Positions 1 to 10,579 are shown, counted from the first letter of the stretch. The stretch: 64,000 nucleotides of DNA from an uncultured Candidatus Saccharibacteria bacterium (GCA_964399865.1 CAYNRJ010000001.1:330050-394049), one strand, 5' to 3'. Numbers and translations are program-made. Notes: generated by a model not told the origin, from the sequence alone.

Positions 1-105
1 AGATGCGCTCTACAAAGGCGGTAATGACGGCGTCGTTATCCCGACCGGCATTCAAACTGCCTCTACAAATGGTCCGGAAGAAACCGAGACCATCATCGAT
101 GATAT

Positions 106-1155
106 TCAGATTGTTTGCGCGATCAAAGGCTCTGCAAAGAACGCGTAGTCAGCCACAAAGAAGAGACCGACCATGATGACGAGTAGCGCACCGACGCGCA
201 TGGCTTTTTTCTGATGATGCGCTCGCATCTCAAGCCCTGTTTCAATAGCGAGCGCGAGAAGTATTAAGAACGCCACGATGTAATACGCATATTTTAATGT
301 CTCCTGTGGGAAGCCTACAATGTATCCCCAAAGTGGAATGTCTTTGGATGCCTCCTCAACGAGTGTAGCGGCGACGACTGGCTCAGTGAGATCTGGTGCG
401 GCAGCGGGGACGGGAGCAGGCTTCTCTTCTTCTGACTCCGAACCGAGAACCTGGATTTCTTCCACAGCAGGTGCTGAGGCTATAGCAGGTTCTCTTGGAT
501 CCTCGGGAACGATATCGGGTCTTTCGTCTGCTGAAGCCGTCGCTATGAAGGACGCGCCCCCATCATCGATTTCTTGTGACACTTTCGGCACACCAAATAC
601 CTGGACGACGAATGTCGTCGAACGTCCCTGATATATCCCCTGCGCCGTTGCGATACCTATCTCTGAGAATTTCGTATTCAAAATATTGTCGCGATGTGTG
701 GGTGAATTCATCCACGCGCGCTCTACATCTCCTGAATCTGAGAAGTCGACCGCAAGATTTTCCCCGGCGAGCGAATATTCATATCCCACGGTTTGAAACC
801 AGTGCCATGGATCGAGGCCTTCCGGTGAAGTGTGCGCAAAATATCCCTTTGCCGCCATGTCGTTTGCTTTTGCTTGAGCTACCTCAACAAGAGTCGGATT
901 AAGCGTGAGTGTGCCCAATCCGTTTGAAACTCGATCCGCATTTGCGAGGTCTACGAGAATCGCGGAAATTACCGCGGCCACGCTCGGAGAGCGGAGTGCA
1001 TTTTGTTGAAAACTAGAGGTGAGGAAAATCCCCACGATAAGCACACCGATGAGCATGATCGAGGCGCCGCCGAGGAATTCTACTTGGCGACGCTCACGCT
1101 TTCGCTTGGGGAGAAGCGCCTTTAAGGAATTCCGGGAATGGCGTTTTTTACTCAC
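106..1155 (-). CDS. CAP (SCP/PR-1) domain membrane protein
   Basis: CAP motifs AQAKANDM..GYFAH, GENLA, WMNSPTHRDNIL, IGIA; N-terminal TM; acidic Pro-rich linker containing QVLG; two C-terminal TMs. Confidence 0.9.
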   Translation of the reverse strand: MSKKRHSRNSLKALLPKRKRERRQVEFLGGASIMLIGVLIVGIFLTSSFQQNALRSPSVAAVISAILVDLANADRVSNGLGTLTLNPTLVEVAQAKANDMAAKGYFAHTSPEGLDPWHWFQTVGYEYSLAGENLAVDFSDSGDVERAWMNSPTHRDNILNTKFSEIGIATAQGIYQGRSTTFVVQVFGVPKVSQEIDDGGASFIATASADERPDIVPEDPREPAIASAPAVEEIQVLGSESEEEKPAPVPAAAPDLTEPVVAATLVEEASKDIPLWGYIVGFPQETLKYAYYIVAFLILLALAIETGLEMRAHHQKKAMRVGALLVIMVGLFFVADYAFFAEPLIAQTI

Positions 1156-1219
1156 GCCTTTAAGTATAGCGCGCCTACAAATCGGCCGAGCAGCCGTATT
1201 CCCTGCCTAGATGCCCTAT

Positions 1220-1768
1220 TTAGTTAGTCTGACCAGCGCGAAGCGCGTTCATCTGAGCGATGAGGCTGTCGATGAGAGTCTGGAGTTCGAGGATCTTCTT
1301 CTGAGTATCAGAGCTTGGAGTCGTGCCTTTGTTGAGGAGAGCACGAGTAAGGGGGCCAACGATGCCGACTGACTCGAGACCATTCGCCTTCTGGAACGCC
1401 TTAACAGCGGCCTCGGTCAAGGGACCAAAGAATCCTGTTGGAGCATCAATATCGAGATAGCCGCCTGCGATAAGGATCTTCTGGAGTTCTGTAACATCTT
1501 CTCCTTCTGAACCAAGCATGAGGGTTACGCCGAAGTAGTATGCAGAAGCACCGAGAACCTGCCCTACTGGGCCGATTGACCCATTGGAAGTGACCCCTAG
1601 AACAGCGCCATTGATTGGGACAATGGTTAATACCGCGTTGTTACTGCCACCACCCCCGCCTGTTCCGCCGCCGTATCCTGTCTGGGCAAAAGCGATGACT
1701 GGAGCGACAAAAATAGCTGCAGCAGCGAGAGCGAATGCCGTTGATCTTGAGTGAAGTATTGTATTCAT
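1220..1768 (-). CDS. Secreted peptidoglycan-binding domain protein
   Basis: Signal peptide ending AFA; PG_binding_1-like GSEGEDVTELQKIL...TGFFGPLTEAAVKAFQKANGL...GIVGPLTR; C-terminal coiled coil. Confidence 0.88.
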   Translation of the reverse strand: MNTILHSRSTAFALAAAAIFVAPVIAFAQTGYGGGTGGGGGSNNAVLTIVPINGAVLGVTSNGSIGPVGQVLGASAYYFGVTLMLGSEGEDVTELQKILIAGGYLDIDAPTGFFGPLTEAAVKAFQKANGLESVGIVGPLTRALLNKGTTPSSDTQKKILELQTLIDSLIAQMNALRAGQTN

Positions 1769-1843
1769 GAGAAATCGCTAAAGGATGGCTAGAAATCAGG
1801 ACGGAAGCCCATTCCCTCAGCGGCAAGCACCATATACCAGCCC

Positions 1844-1852
1844 TGTGGATAA
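1844..1852. promoter_or_regulatory. DnaA-box consensus match
   Basis: tgtggataa is the reverse complement of TTATCCACA; intergenic; isolated copy. Confidence 0.35.
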
Positions 1853-1885
1853 CGCAAGGATTTTTCGGCGTAGAGCTAGACAACT

Positions 1886-1913
1886 AAAAAAGCCCGTTTT
1901 TGCGGGCTTTTTT
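1886..1913. terminator. Rho-independent terminator (bidirectional form)
   Basis: aaaaaagcccg...cgggctttttt stem flanked by A/T tracts, downstream of the 1939 ORF. Confidence 0.75.
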
Positions 1914-1938
1914 AAGAGTTTAGGTATAAATTAGGAAC

Positions 1939-2259
1939 CTATCTTCCAAAAATTCGATTTAGGAGAGTTCGAAGATTTGAGCGGAGCTCATCAAGCAGAT
2001 TCTGTACTCGAGGCGGTATTGCGTCTCCGCCCCCGTAACCGAAGCCATTGTCACCGTAGACGATGTTGAACTGTCGTTCTACTGAACTCGGAGGCGTAGC
2101 TTGAGCGTAGGCAGGAGATGCGGTGAATACTATGGCCATGAGAATGGCTACGGCTGCGCATGCAAGTGCCAAGCCGCGGAATAGAGTCTTATTCGATTCA
2201 AGTTTTTGTGTGTGCATAGTGATGTTTACATTAGATATGACGGCCCGGCTGATAATCAC
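1939..2259 (-). CDS. Small secreted hypothetical protein
   Basis: Hydrophobic signal ending AYA; GFGYGGG motif; amphipathic C-terminus; true start may be the ATG near 2217. Confidence 0.65.
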   Translation of the reverse strand: MIISRAVISNVNITMHTQKLESNKTLFRGLALACAAVAILMAIVFTASPAYAQATPPSSVERQFNIVYGDNGFGYGGGDAIPPRVQNLLDELRSNLRTLLNRIFGR

Positions 2260-2305
2260 TTACGCAGCTTACGAAACGTAGATGATGTCTCTATGAAGAA
2301 GTATA

Positions 2306-4060
2306 TCAGAGGCGAAAGAGTGTGATCTGACTGCGATCACTGCTATCAACACCTTTATACACAGGGTTATCAACAGTTTCGTATATCGCCTCAAGCGACG
2401 GGTCACTCAGAAATGGATATCTGAATGGATCTAGCCCCACAAGATCATTAGTAAAGATGATGTAGTCGACGTTTTCGTCTCGAAACACTGAGAGCGCATC
2501 GCTGCTTGTGAGGGCATTGCTTGTGACCGCTTGAGATACCGCTTGATACGTAGCGTCAGCGTAGCCTTGCTCCCCTACTTGCCCTATTTCCGCATCTACG
2601 GACGAAATGATTTTGCAATCAAAGAATTGAGATGCGGTGTTTGCCGTTAACATTCCATTATTGAATGCGAGCCAGTAGTACTGGTGCCACGGGAGGAATA
2701 TCGCTGTGCAATCTTCTTCCTCCGCGAGGATCGCGTTCACTTCGTACCACGACTTCGGATAATCCACCGGCTGTATCTGCCCTGCAAATCCCCCGAGCAT
2801 GGTGAACGTGTAGAGGAACGGCAGCAAAATGAACGCTGCCTGTGCTCCGCGCCTCCATGTCGGACGAACGCGGGCGACGAGGTACGCCGCGCCCGCAGCA
2901 AAAAAGTATGCGTACACAAGCGCGAGGAACATGCTCCACTTTTGCGTATCGCGGAATCCACTCCAGAACGAGATGTTCTCGAAAAGCCAGAGGTTGAAAT
3001 TGTGGAGGATCGAATCCGCCAGGCCGATAGAAAATACGAACGCCGCGACTGCAACCCCGAATAGTGCGATGAGATGACATCTCATCGCATCTTGCGTGTC
3101 GGCTGCAATGAGGCGTCGCCTCATTGCATCCTTCAGGAGGACAAAGAAGCCGAGGAGGATGGTCGCGGCGAGGATGAGGAGGGTTGGGATGAAAACAAAG
3201 GGAAAATCTTTTGGCGAGAGGAGTGATTGCATCCAGGGATACGATTCGCCCCAGAAGCCGTAGAGCATAAGGACGTTCCCCACGGCGCCGACGTATGGGT
3301 CTGCGGAAGTTTTGAATGCTTCCCAATGTTCTTCGGTGAAGTTAGTGAGCGGTGCGGTTTCCGGAGTCGTGAGATATGGGACTACCCAATACAGAGAACC
3401 GATGATGACGAGTAGTGCTGCGAGTGTTGCGTATTTCGCGAGTGCGAAGAACGACTCGGAGTCGCGAGCGAGTAAGTGGCGGAGAGCCGCGACCGCGACA
3501 GCGGTCGCGGCGATGAGGATTACCATTACGAAAATGTGGAGTGTGAACACACCGATCAGAAGCATCGTGAGCGAGAGGGAGATTGCTATGAGATGACATC
3601 TCATCGCATTGCTAGAGGGGCGGAGGAGGTTGAGGAGGAAGTAGAAAAATGGGGCGAGGAGGGCGTAGGCGAAAAGGACGGCCCATTGCCCTGCTAGGAA
3701 GCGTTCGTATACGAAGGGGTTTACTGCAAAGAGTGCTGCGGCGGCGTAGCGAGCCCAGCTATCTATATTGAATGGGAAGAAACGAATTGGAAGATAGAAA
3801 AGTGAGAAAAAGAGCCCGATAAGGAGAATCTTTTGGATAACCCACATTGGGAATAGAAATTCCAATCCGTAAAAAAGGAGGTGGAGGGGCAAGCTGTTGA
3901 TGAGTCCAGTAAGGCTCGGAAAAACGTGTAACGGGTCAAAAATCATGTCCCAGGTCAGGACATAGCCGGGCAAAAGCATTTGCCAGAGAATTAAGATAGT
4001 TCCTGCGAAGGCAAAAAGGATGTAAGGGTGCTTCCCTACCCAATTAGAGATTGTGCTCAT
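2306..4060 (-). CDS. Polytopic membrane protein, GT-C-like (AftD/DUF3367-like) glycosyltransferase
   Basis: Many TMs; acidic WD in first loop; NPFVYERFLAGQW and GFRDTQKW motifs; soluble C-terminal domain; lies in a glycosylation cluster. Confidence 0.7.
   Translation of the reverse strand: MSTISNWVGKHPYILFAFAGTILILWQMLLPGYVLTWDMIFDPLHVFPSLTGLINSLPLHLLFYGLEFLFPMWVIQKILLIGLFFSLFYLPIRFFPFNIDSWARYAAAALFAVNPFVYERFLAGQWAVLFAYALLAPFFYFLLNLLRPSSNAMRCHLIAISLSLTMLLIGVFTLHIFVMVILIAATAVAVAALRHLLARDSESFFALAKYATLAALLVIIGSLYWVVPYLTTPETAPLTNFTEEHWEAFKTSADPYVGAVGNVLMLYGFWGESYPWMQSLLSPKDFPFVFIPTLLILAATILLGFFVLLKDAMRRRLIAADTQDAMRCHLIALFGVAVAAFVFSIGLADSILHNFNLWLFENISFWSGFRDTQKWSMFLALVYAYFFAAGAAYLVARVRPTWRRGAQAAFILLPFLYTFTMLGGFAGQIQPVDYPKSWYEVNAILAEEEDCTAIFLPWHQYYWLAFNNGMLTANTASQFFDCKIISSVDAEIGQVGEQGYADATYQAVSQAVTSNALTSSDALSVFRDENVDYIIFTNDLVGLDPFRYPFLSDPSLEAIYETVDNPVYKGVDSSDRSQITLFRL
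3065..3128. repeat. Two 25-bp perfect palindromes (REP-like) inside the CDS
   Basis: tgcgatgagatg-a-catctcatcgca (3065-3089) and tgcaatgaggcg-t-cgcctcattgca (3104-3128). Confidence 0.85.
3584..3608. repeat. Third copy of the 25-bp palindrome
   Basis: tgctatgagatg-a-catctcatcgca, one mismatch to the 3065 copy. Confidence 0.85.
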
Positions 4061-4470
4061 ATTTTTTCTTCGGTGACATTTCGCAAATCGAGCACCGGAA
4101 TCGGTTTCTCGGGCTTTCTCACATTCTTGAGAATATTGGAATGTTTAGGTTTACGCTTAAGCTCAATTATCTGGAGTGCGACGGTCATCACGAGGAAATA
4201 GTATGCGTAGACAGCCATTTCCTCTGCGATCGCATCCTGATCAATTGAAAGAAGTATTGGACACGACGTAAGCAGGAGGATCGCAACAGCGCCGAGAATG
4301 CGGTTATCCCACCGGAAAAACAGGAACGCGAGAAATACTGACCAGAATATCGCCGCTGTACCCAAGAACGCAAAAATACCGAGCCCGAGAGTGAGGATAA
4401 TGAGAGACTTCTCCACTGTTAGCCACGGAGCCTTTTGCGTCATGATTAGATTGTAAACTTTTCTAAGCAT
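4057..4470 (-). CDS. Small membrane protein
   Basis: 3-4 TMs; AEEMAVYAYYFLV motif; overlaps both neighbours (translational coupling). Confidence 0.75.
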   Translation of the reverse strand: MLRKVYNLIMTQKAPWLTVEKSLIILTLGLGIFAFLGTAAIFWSVFLAFLFFRWDNRILGAVAILLLTSCPILLSIDQDAIAEEMAVYAYYFLVMTVALQIIELKRKPKHSNILKNVRKPEKPIPVLDLRNVTEEKI

Positions 4471-7400
4471 ACAGTTTGCGACGTATTCGTTTTACTCCTT
4501 CGTATCCAAGGTATCCCAAGCATCCTATGAGAGTCGTTCCCGAAATCAGAAGTCCGAGATAAAACCATCTCTGCGGCCAGAACTCAATTACGAACTCGAT
4601 GTTGTAACTTCCGTCGGCATTTTTCGTACACAGCTGTTTAACTTCGCACAGTTCCTCTGTGTCTACGTACCATGCGTTTAAGAATCCATTTAACTGATAG
4701 TGATACTCATCGGCTACCCTATCTGGCTTTGCGAACGGCCACCAAGAGTTCACGAGGCCATGAATCTCTCCATTATTTAATTGAAGTTGCCATTGATCAT
4801 GGTAGCTTTCGGTCATTGCGAGAAAAAAAGAGGTAGCTGCCGCTTTTACATGCACTTTTTTCTTGGTAGGACTTTCAAATTCAAATATTATAGACGTTGA
4901 TTCTTCCAAAGCACTTTCGAATATCGGCTCCCTTACTATATACAAAGCACCTCTTAAATCGGGTACCTCAATAAGCTGAATATTATCGTAACGGTTAATA
5001 ATATTGGTTATCCCGTCTTTTGCCCTCGCATACACATTGAAAGATAGTGTCCTTGTACCTGCAGGTATTTCAATGATTTCAGAGTAGCGGTGCCAACCTT
5101 TATCGGTAATCGATAACATTTTTCTGATACTGGTCTTAGCGGAATTATCAAATCCTATATAATAAGAGGCGGAGGCCGCATTCGGACTTTGGTAGTCAAA
5201 GCTCAATAGGTAAGTTCCGGCATTTACTGATATCGACTGACTCGTGCAAGCAATATGTCGTGTAGCTTCGAGCTGCAAAGATTGATCACCCTCCGTTTTT
5301 TCTGACGTATTCAGACTCATGGCAAGGAGACCATTGTTATCGAATCGGTTACAGTCCCCAACTTCTCTTTGCCAGGTACCATCCTCAAAGGATCCATTAA
5401 TCATCAAATTCTCGTACGAATTCAAGGGATTCATATAGGAGATGGTACTTGTCCCTATAGGAGCTGAGACTAGAGTTCGTATAGAGGCCTGAGACAAGAC
5501 TGATGAGTTTATTAACATCTCACCGTTCCTTTTTTGAATAATATACCCGGCAGTTTTTTTGCCGTCGACACTCTTAAACGTGGATGTAATTGTGCTTGTC
5601 GAGATATTCTCTATTGTAAAGTTCTCAAAAGGATTTTTAATATCCATTAACGGTTTCGAGGATTTATGCGGCGAATCAATGGTGTAGAAAAATTGTTTAG
5701 CCAGTTGATTGCTTATAAAATCATATTTTCTTTCAAGGTTATCTACGGATTCAAGTGAAAGAAGGTTCGTAAAGGAAAAAATATGTGGCTTGTAGCCCTT
5801 ATTCTCATATACAACCAGCGCCGCTGTGTTTAAGTCCACTGGGTAGAGCCATGGGATTGAATTCAAGTGATCGAGATATAGTTTTCGGATTTCTGGATTT
5901 TCCCGACCGCCATAGTCAATGAAGAAATCATCGTCATTTTCAATATCCTGGGTTGGCACAATCACATATTTGATCGAGGATAAATCAAAAAGCGAATCTG
6001 CATAGGGTGTGCTAAATAGCGAAATCATGCGGTCCTGCGCACGGTCTGATGAATGTGATGTAAAGTCCATCCATACAGAATCGACGAGCGTAATAGCGCT
6101 AAGCTTTGAATGATTTCTGGTATAGACGCCCCATCGAGAATCTCTGGGAATCCAAAAAGTCCTGAAATAATCTGGTTGTATAAGAATAAAATTATTAAGA
6201 GTTGAATAATCAGTAGGTATATTTCGCGCTACAAAGAGAGTGCCTATCTCTCCAGTTATTAGAGGCTTAAAATTCCATAACAAACTCCCGGCTATCGCAA
6301 TTATTAATAGATATTTCCCTATTACCTTTATAGTTCCGACAGACCAGTTTCTCCAAATCCAATCGACAAATGCAGCGGTCAATATGGAATAGCTGATGAC
6401 AATCAATGAGTAAAATTTCGAAGCTTCTCGAAAAGCCTTAAACCCTGGGAAATTTTCAAATAACCAGGGGTATAAGTTCTCCCATGGGCTATCCACCTGC
6501 TTCGACAAAAGTATACCGATAAGACCAAGCGCCCCTGCAAATACGACGAGCTTATTCTTCCTTTGTATAACTAGTCCGAGAAAGGCTGTTAGTGGCAACA
6601 ACCAAAAGTGCGAAGGTATTGGCTGATTTTCAAATACCTGAACGCCTTCGGGAGACCACCAGGGATGATGGAGGGTAAATGAGTAAAAGATATTCCAAAA
6701 ATGATTCCCGAACAGTTCTCGTAAAAGGAGATAATTGCTTTCTAGTGATCCTATTTTCGTTAAAGCTAGCAGCCAGAATAAATTTAAAAGTAAGAAAATT
6801 ACCGCCGCAGGTGCTAAATATCTATAAAACTGCCGCAACCTCGAGAAAAAGTATTCCTTCGAACCAAGTAGAAGATCAAATACCGTATATAAGGCCAACA
6901 AGAAAGCGGCAATGTAAAAAGCCCGCGGTTCATAACTACACATTGCTAGTGCAATTAAAACGACAAAGAGAATCTGCTGGAACCGGGGATTCTCTAAATA
7001 ACAGAGAAAAGAATAGAGCAGCAAGGGCAGCAATGAAAACGCTGCTGCAAGCGTAATGTGGCCGGTATCAAGCGTGAGAGCGTAGGTGTTACCAATAAAT
7101 ACCAAGGATCCAATTATTGTCGCTATAAGATTATTGAAAATCTTATGGATAAGGAGTCCTGTTCCTACTAAACTCAGAAAGAGAATCGGCCAAAGATGTA
7201 TAGCTCTTTCTGTGATTTCATAAGGCAAATTCAAGAAAAGAGGTAATGCACCGTACAGCGAATAAAAGAAGGCTTGGGGTAGATCAATTAAAATACGTCC
7301 AAAAGAGAAGTCCGATAACCAGGTCGAAAAATAATCACCTCGAATGGAGATGGCGGTCTCTCTAAAAAAGAACCCCCAGTCGCCGTGTGTCAGTATATTT

Positions 7401-7492
7401 GCGGTGAAAATCCACTCTCGAAAGGCAATGAGTATTGTGAGGGTTACTGAAAATATTAGAGCAACCTTGAATAGACGGTCTACTTTTATCAT
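4463..7492 (-). CDS. Large GT-C-like membrane protein with extracellular carbohydrate-binding-like domain
   Basis: About 11 N-terminal TMs with HGDW and AFREASKF motifs; INGSFEDG start of a CBM4_9-like beta-sandwich; YfhO-like ESYHDQW...NGFLNAW segment; C-terminal TM. Confidence 0.75.
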   Translation of the reverse strand: MIKVDRLFKVALIFSVTLTILIAFREWIFTANILTHGDWGFFFRETAISIRGDYFSTWLSDFSFGRILIDLPQAFFYSLYGALPLFLNLPYEITERAIHLWPILFLSLVGTGLLIHKIFNNLIATIIGSLVFIGNTYALTLDTGHITLAAAFSLLPLLLYSFLCYLENPRFQQILFVVLIALAMCSYEPRAFYIAAFLLALYTVFDLLLGSKEYFFSRLRQFYRYLAPAAVIFLLLNLFWLLALTKIGSLESNYLLLRELFGNHFWNIFYSFTLHHPWWSPEGVQVFENQPIPSHFWLLPLTAFLGLVIQRKNKLVVFAGALGLIGILLSKQVDSPWENLYPWLFENFPGFKAFREASKFYSLIVISYSILTAAFVDWIWRNWSVGTIKVIGKYLLIIAIAGSLLWNFKPLITGEIGTLFVARNIPTDYSTLNNFILIQPDYFRTFWIPRDSRWGVYTRNHSKLSAITLVDSVWMDFTSHSSDRAQDRMISLFSTPYADSLFDLSSIKYVIVPTQDIENDDDFFIDYGGRENPEIRKLYLDHLNSIPWLYPVDLNTAALVVYENKGYKPHIFSFTNLLSLESVDNLERKYDFISNQLAKQFFYTIDSPHKSSKPLMDIKNPFENFTIENISTSTITSTFKSVDGKKTAGYIIQKRNGEMLINSSVLSQASIRTLVSAPIGTSTISYMNPLNSYENLMINGSFEDGTWQREVGDCNRFDNNGLLAMSLNTSEKTEGDQSLQLEATRHIACTSQSISVNAGTYLLSFDYQSPNAASASYYIGFDNSAKTSIRKMLSITDKGWHRYSEIIEIPAGTRTLSFNVYARAKDGITNIINRYDNIQLIEVPDLRGALYIVREPIFESALEESTSIIFEFESPTKKKVHVKAAATSFFLAMTESYHDQWQLQLNNGEIHGLVNSWWPFAKPDRVADEYHYQLNGFLNAWYVDTEELCEVKQLCTKNADGSYNIEFVIEFWPQRWFYLGLLISGTTLIGCLGYLGYEGVKRIRRKLYA

Positions 7493-7498
7493 ACAATT

Positions 7499-8665
7499 CT
7501 ATTCCGATCGAAAAAATAAATTTTCAAGTTTTTGCACGACATTCGTAATTTCAAAATTTGTTAGAATATTCCTCCGTGCTTCAATTCCCATTTGTCTATA
7601 CTCTCTTGAATTAGTGGTCCAAAGTTGGTAGGCACGCAAGATTGCAGAAGCAAATTCATTCGCATTTTTAGTGCGCACAAGCCAACCAGTTTTTCCAGGA
7701 TGGATAATGTCTCGAGGTCCCGGAATGTCACTGGCCACCACCGGTACACCACAAGCTTGCGCTTCCGCCGCCGAGTAGCAAAATGTCTCCCAATGGGATG
7801 GGACAACCACTAGATCGGCGTGGTGATAGTGGTTCACCATCTCTGTTCTGAAACCGAGAAAGTGACAATTCGAAAATTTCCTCTCAAGATCTTGAAGATC
7901 ATTCGATTTCGGACCCTCTCCAATAAAATAAAACTCCATTTTAGAGAATACGTTACTCATTGAAAGCTCCTCCACGGTTTGCACCAACGTATCTATGCCC
8001 TTCGGCTCAGTCATCCGTCCCACGTAATATATTTTGAATATAGAATGGGAACTCTCCGGTTTCAATGAAAATTTAATTGTATCCAATGGATTTGGGATAA
8101 CGGTGATGTTTTTATATCCTCGTCGGGCTAGTAACTCCCTCCCCGATTTATTCAAAACCAATATCCGAATCTTTGAACCCTTTACTAAATTCGAATAAAA
8201 TCTGGAACCATATAACATATTGTGTAGTTTCGAAAAAAATGTCTTTGCCTGCGGGTATATCAACGCCGTATGAAATCCGAAAATCACTTTATGGAAATCT
8301 ATACGAAAAAAATACTTAAGCAGTAAAACCTCAAAAATCTCATTCTTCGAATAAATCACATCGGCGTCCTTGAGGGCAGAATTAATTCTCCTTCGAGATG
8401 CCGTTCGAAAAAAAAGATCGACGAATGAAAAAGTCAGGTAGTTGGTAACGTTAAAACTATTTATCAGGTCCTCATCTGATATATTTTTTTTATGTTTCCC
8501 CCTCCTAAAAATTGTGCAGTAGAGATTATTTAATCCTTGAGTTGCGGTTACGTAACCCGTGTCATGACCTCGAGCGGAAAACCAACGACCGAGATTCATA
8601 AAATTAACTTCACAACCACCACCGTAATTTAGCGTCGAGAAATCGAAAAATATTATTTTTTTCAT
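7499..8665 (-). CDS. Glycosyltransferase family 4 (GT-B)
   Basis: YYVGRMTEPKG, PSHWETFCYSAAEAQACGVPVV motifs. Confidence 0.92.
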   Translation of the reverse strand: MKKIIFFDFSTLNYGGGCEVNFMNLGRWFSARGHDTGYVTATQGLNNLYCTIFRRGKHKKNISDEDLINSFNVTNYLTFSFVDLFFRTASRRRINSALKDADVIYSKNEIFEVLLLKYFFRIDFHKVIFGFHTALIYPQAKTFFSKLHNMLYGSRFYSNLVKGSKIRILVLNKSGRELLARRGYKNITVIPNPLDTIKFSLKPESSHSIFKIYYVGRMTEPKGIDTLVQTVEELSMSNVFSKMEFYFIGEGPKSNDLQDLERKFSNCHFLGFRTEMVNHYHHADLVVVPSHWETFCYSAAEAQACGVPVVASDIPGPRDIIHPGKTGWLVRTKNANEFASAILRAYQLWTTNSREYRQMGIEARRNILTNFEITNVVQKLENLFFRSE

Positions 8666-9480
8666 ATTTTTTTAAATTTTGAAGCCACGAGCCCAGTACC
8701 TCCTGCAATATATTTGACGAGCAAATATACAAGGAAAATTGATGCCGTAAACGGTTTGCGTGCGAATTTCCGCCAATTATTTATATAAACTGGACGAATA
8801 AGACGGAGCTGAGATTTGGATTCTTTAGAATTTTCTTTTTTATAGTGAACGAAATCCCGCCCATATTGATAATATTTTTTCATGTGCCTCCAAAAACTCT
8901 TTGGCTCCCCAAGATGCAGCGCTTCCGCGTCAATAAACCCAGTTCTAAAACCAGCTCTGTGTAATTTATTTTGAAAGTCGTAGTCCTCACCAGCGGTGAT
9001 CTTCTCGTTAAACCCCCCTATCTTTTGATAGATATCTTTCCTAACAAAGCGTGCAGATGAATGCGTAATGTCATATTTATACATATCAACCTCAAACTTT
9101 CTGATTCGTGCTATCCAACTCACGCGCACATCAGGAGAATTGTGGACAACTACTGCATCGAATCCTTCAGACACCTTTCCGATGCATTGAGTTACCACTT
9201 CAGGGTCTAAAAGAAAATCCGAGTCTACCTTGTAGATATATTCCCCTCCTGCATGTGCGACACCAAAATTCACTTGAGCGCTTCGCTCGGGACCGTAATT
9301 GAATACGTTCTCTGTGTATTTGCGAGCAATTTCTTTCGTATTGTCGGTACTATTGTTATCCACGACAATAATCTCTATGTTTTTGTATGACTGCTCTTTG
9401 ATAGATTTCAAACATACGTCTAAAAACTCACTGGAGTTCTTTGTAGGAACGATGACTGAAACAAGCGGATTATTGGACAT
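8662..9480 (-). CDS. Glycosyltransferase family 2
   Basis: VSVIVPTKN, VVDNNSTD, VDSD, GGFNE...GEDYD. Confidence 0.92.
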   Translation of the reverse strand: MSNNPLVSVIVPTKNSSEFLDVCLKSIKEQSYKNIEIIVVDNNSTDNTKEIARKYTENVFNYGPERSAQVNFGVAHAGGEYIYKVDSDFLLDPEVVTQCIGKVSEGFDAVVVHNSPDVRVSWIARIRKFEVDMYKYDITHSSARFVRKDIYQKIGGFNEKITAGEDYDFQNKLHRAGFRTGFIDAEALHLGEPKSFWRHMKKYYQYGRDFVHYKKENSKESKSQLRLIRPVYINNWRKFARKPFTASIFLVYLLVKYIAGGTGLVASKFKKI

Positions 9481-10576
9481 ATTTCAATGTATCCATAAAT
9501 TGCTTGTAACTCTTGTCGAACGTAATTTCTTTGCTCCACTCCCACGCATTTTTTCTTATTGTTGAGTAGCGCGGAGTATTTTGGAGGAGTTTTGCTATAC
9601 GGTTTGGAAGATCTTGTTCGTTGTACTCCGAAGCGATGCTTCCTGTTTCCCCTTCCTTTACGCTGTCTCGGAGACCGTCAACGTCATATACAACAGCAGG
9701 GGTCCCCTGACTATTTGCTTCTGTCACCACAAGCCCCCACCCCTCCTTTACTGAGGTAACACAAAGAAGATGTGACTTCTGCATTAGTTCCATCTTTCTA
9801 GCGGCATCCACTTTGCCCGCGTATTCAATATCGCTCGCGTACTCTGACCTTTTTGCGCGTGCGAGAACTTTCTCTCCGTATTTACCTTCTTCTGAACCTG
9901 CGAGGATCAAGCGAGCATTCGGAACCGTTTTCTTAACAGTTTCGAACGCCGTTAGTACATGAGAGGTCCGCTTCATGGGACGTATCGCGCCGAGTGCAAG
10001 TATTGTAGGAACATCAAACTTCTTAATAGTAGACAAGTCCTTAACTGGCTCCATCTCTATCCCCTCACCAATGATGTGAATTTTCTTTGCATTAAATCCG
10101 AAACGAATGAGATCTTTCTTAGTACTTTCCGAGATTGTTATGACTTCCCTATCACTAAGGAGCCATAGATAGATCGGCTCAAGAAGGTAGCCAATAAGCG
10201 AAAGCGGGTACGACATTTGATAGAACCAGATCTCACGGCAGAGTTGGTGTACAAACATCACGTTCTTTTCCTTTACGTAGAACTTGGCAAAGAACGGGAT
10301 CGTATTCATCTCATCAATGACGAGATCAAATTTACCCTTCAGATTCTTTCTGTAGTAGCGATATGCTTTCCAGTACACACTGAAACGCCCGCCACGACGA
10401 ATGATCTTGAAACCATCGCGAGACTCTTCCTCATTGCCGCCTTCAAATTTGCTTGTTAGAAAAACAACTTCGTGACCGTCTTTTGCGAGACGCTTGGCTA
10501 ATTCCTCGTTTACTACTTCTGCACCACCTGCGGCTGGGTGTTTCCTATCTTTCCAAGTAAGCCACAAGATCCGCAT
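9470..10576 (-). CDS. Glycosyltransferase family 4
   Basis: HPAAGGAE, SVKEGWGLVVTEANSQGTPAV. Confidence 0.92.
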   Translation of the reverse strand: MRILWLTWKDRKHPAAGGAEVVNEELAKRLAKDGHEVVFLTSKFEGGNEEESRDGFKIIRRGGRFSVYWKAYRYYRKNLKGKFDLVIDEMNTIPFFAKFYVKEKNVMFVHQLCREIWFYQMSYPLSLIGYLLEPIYLWLLSDREVITISESTKKDLIRFGFNAKKIHIIGEGIEMEPVKDLSTIKKFDVPTILALGAIRPMKRTSHVLTAFETVKKTVPNARLILAGSEEGKYGEKVLARAKRSEYASDIEYAGKVDAARKMELMQKSHLLCVTSVKEGWGLVVTEANSQGTPAVVYDVDGLRDSVKEGETGSIASEYNEQDLPNRIAKLLQNTPRYSTIRKNAWEWSKEITFDKSYKQFMDTLKYVQ

Positions 10577-10579
10577 ATA

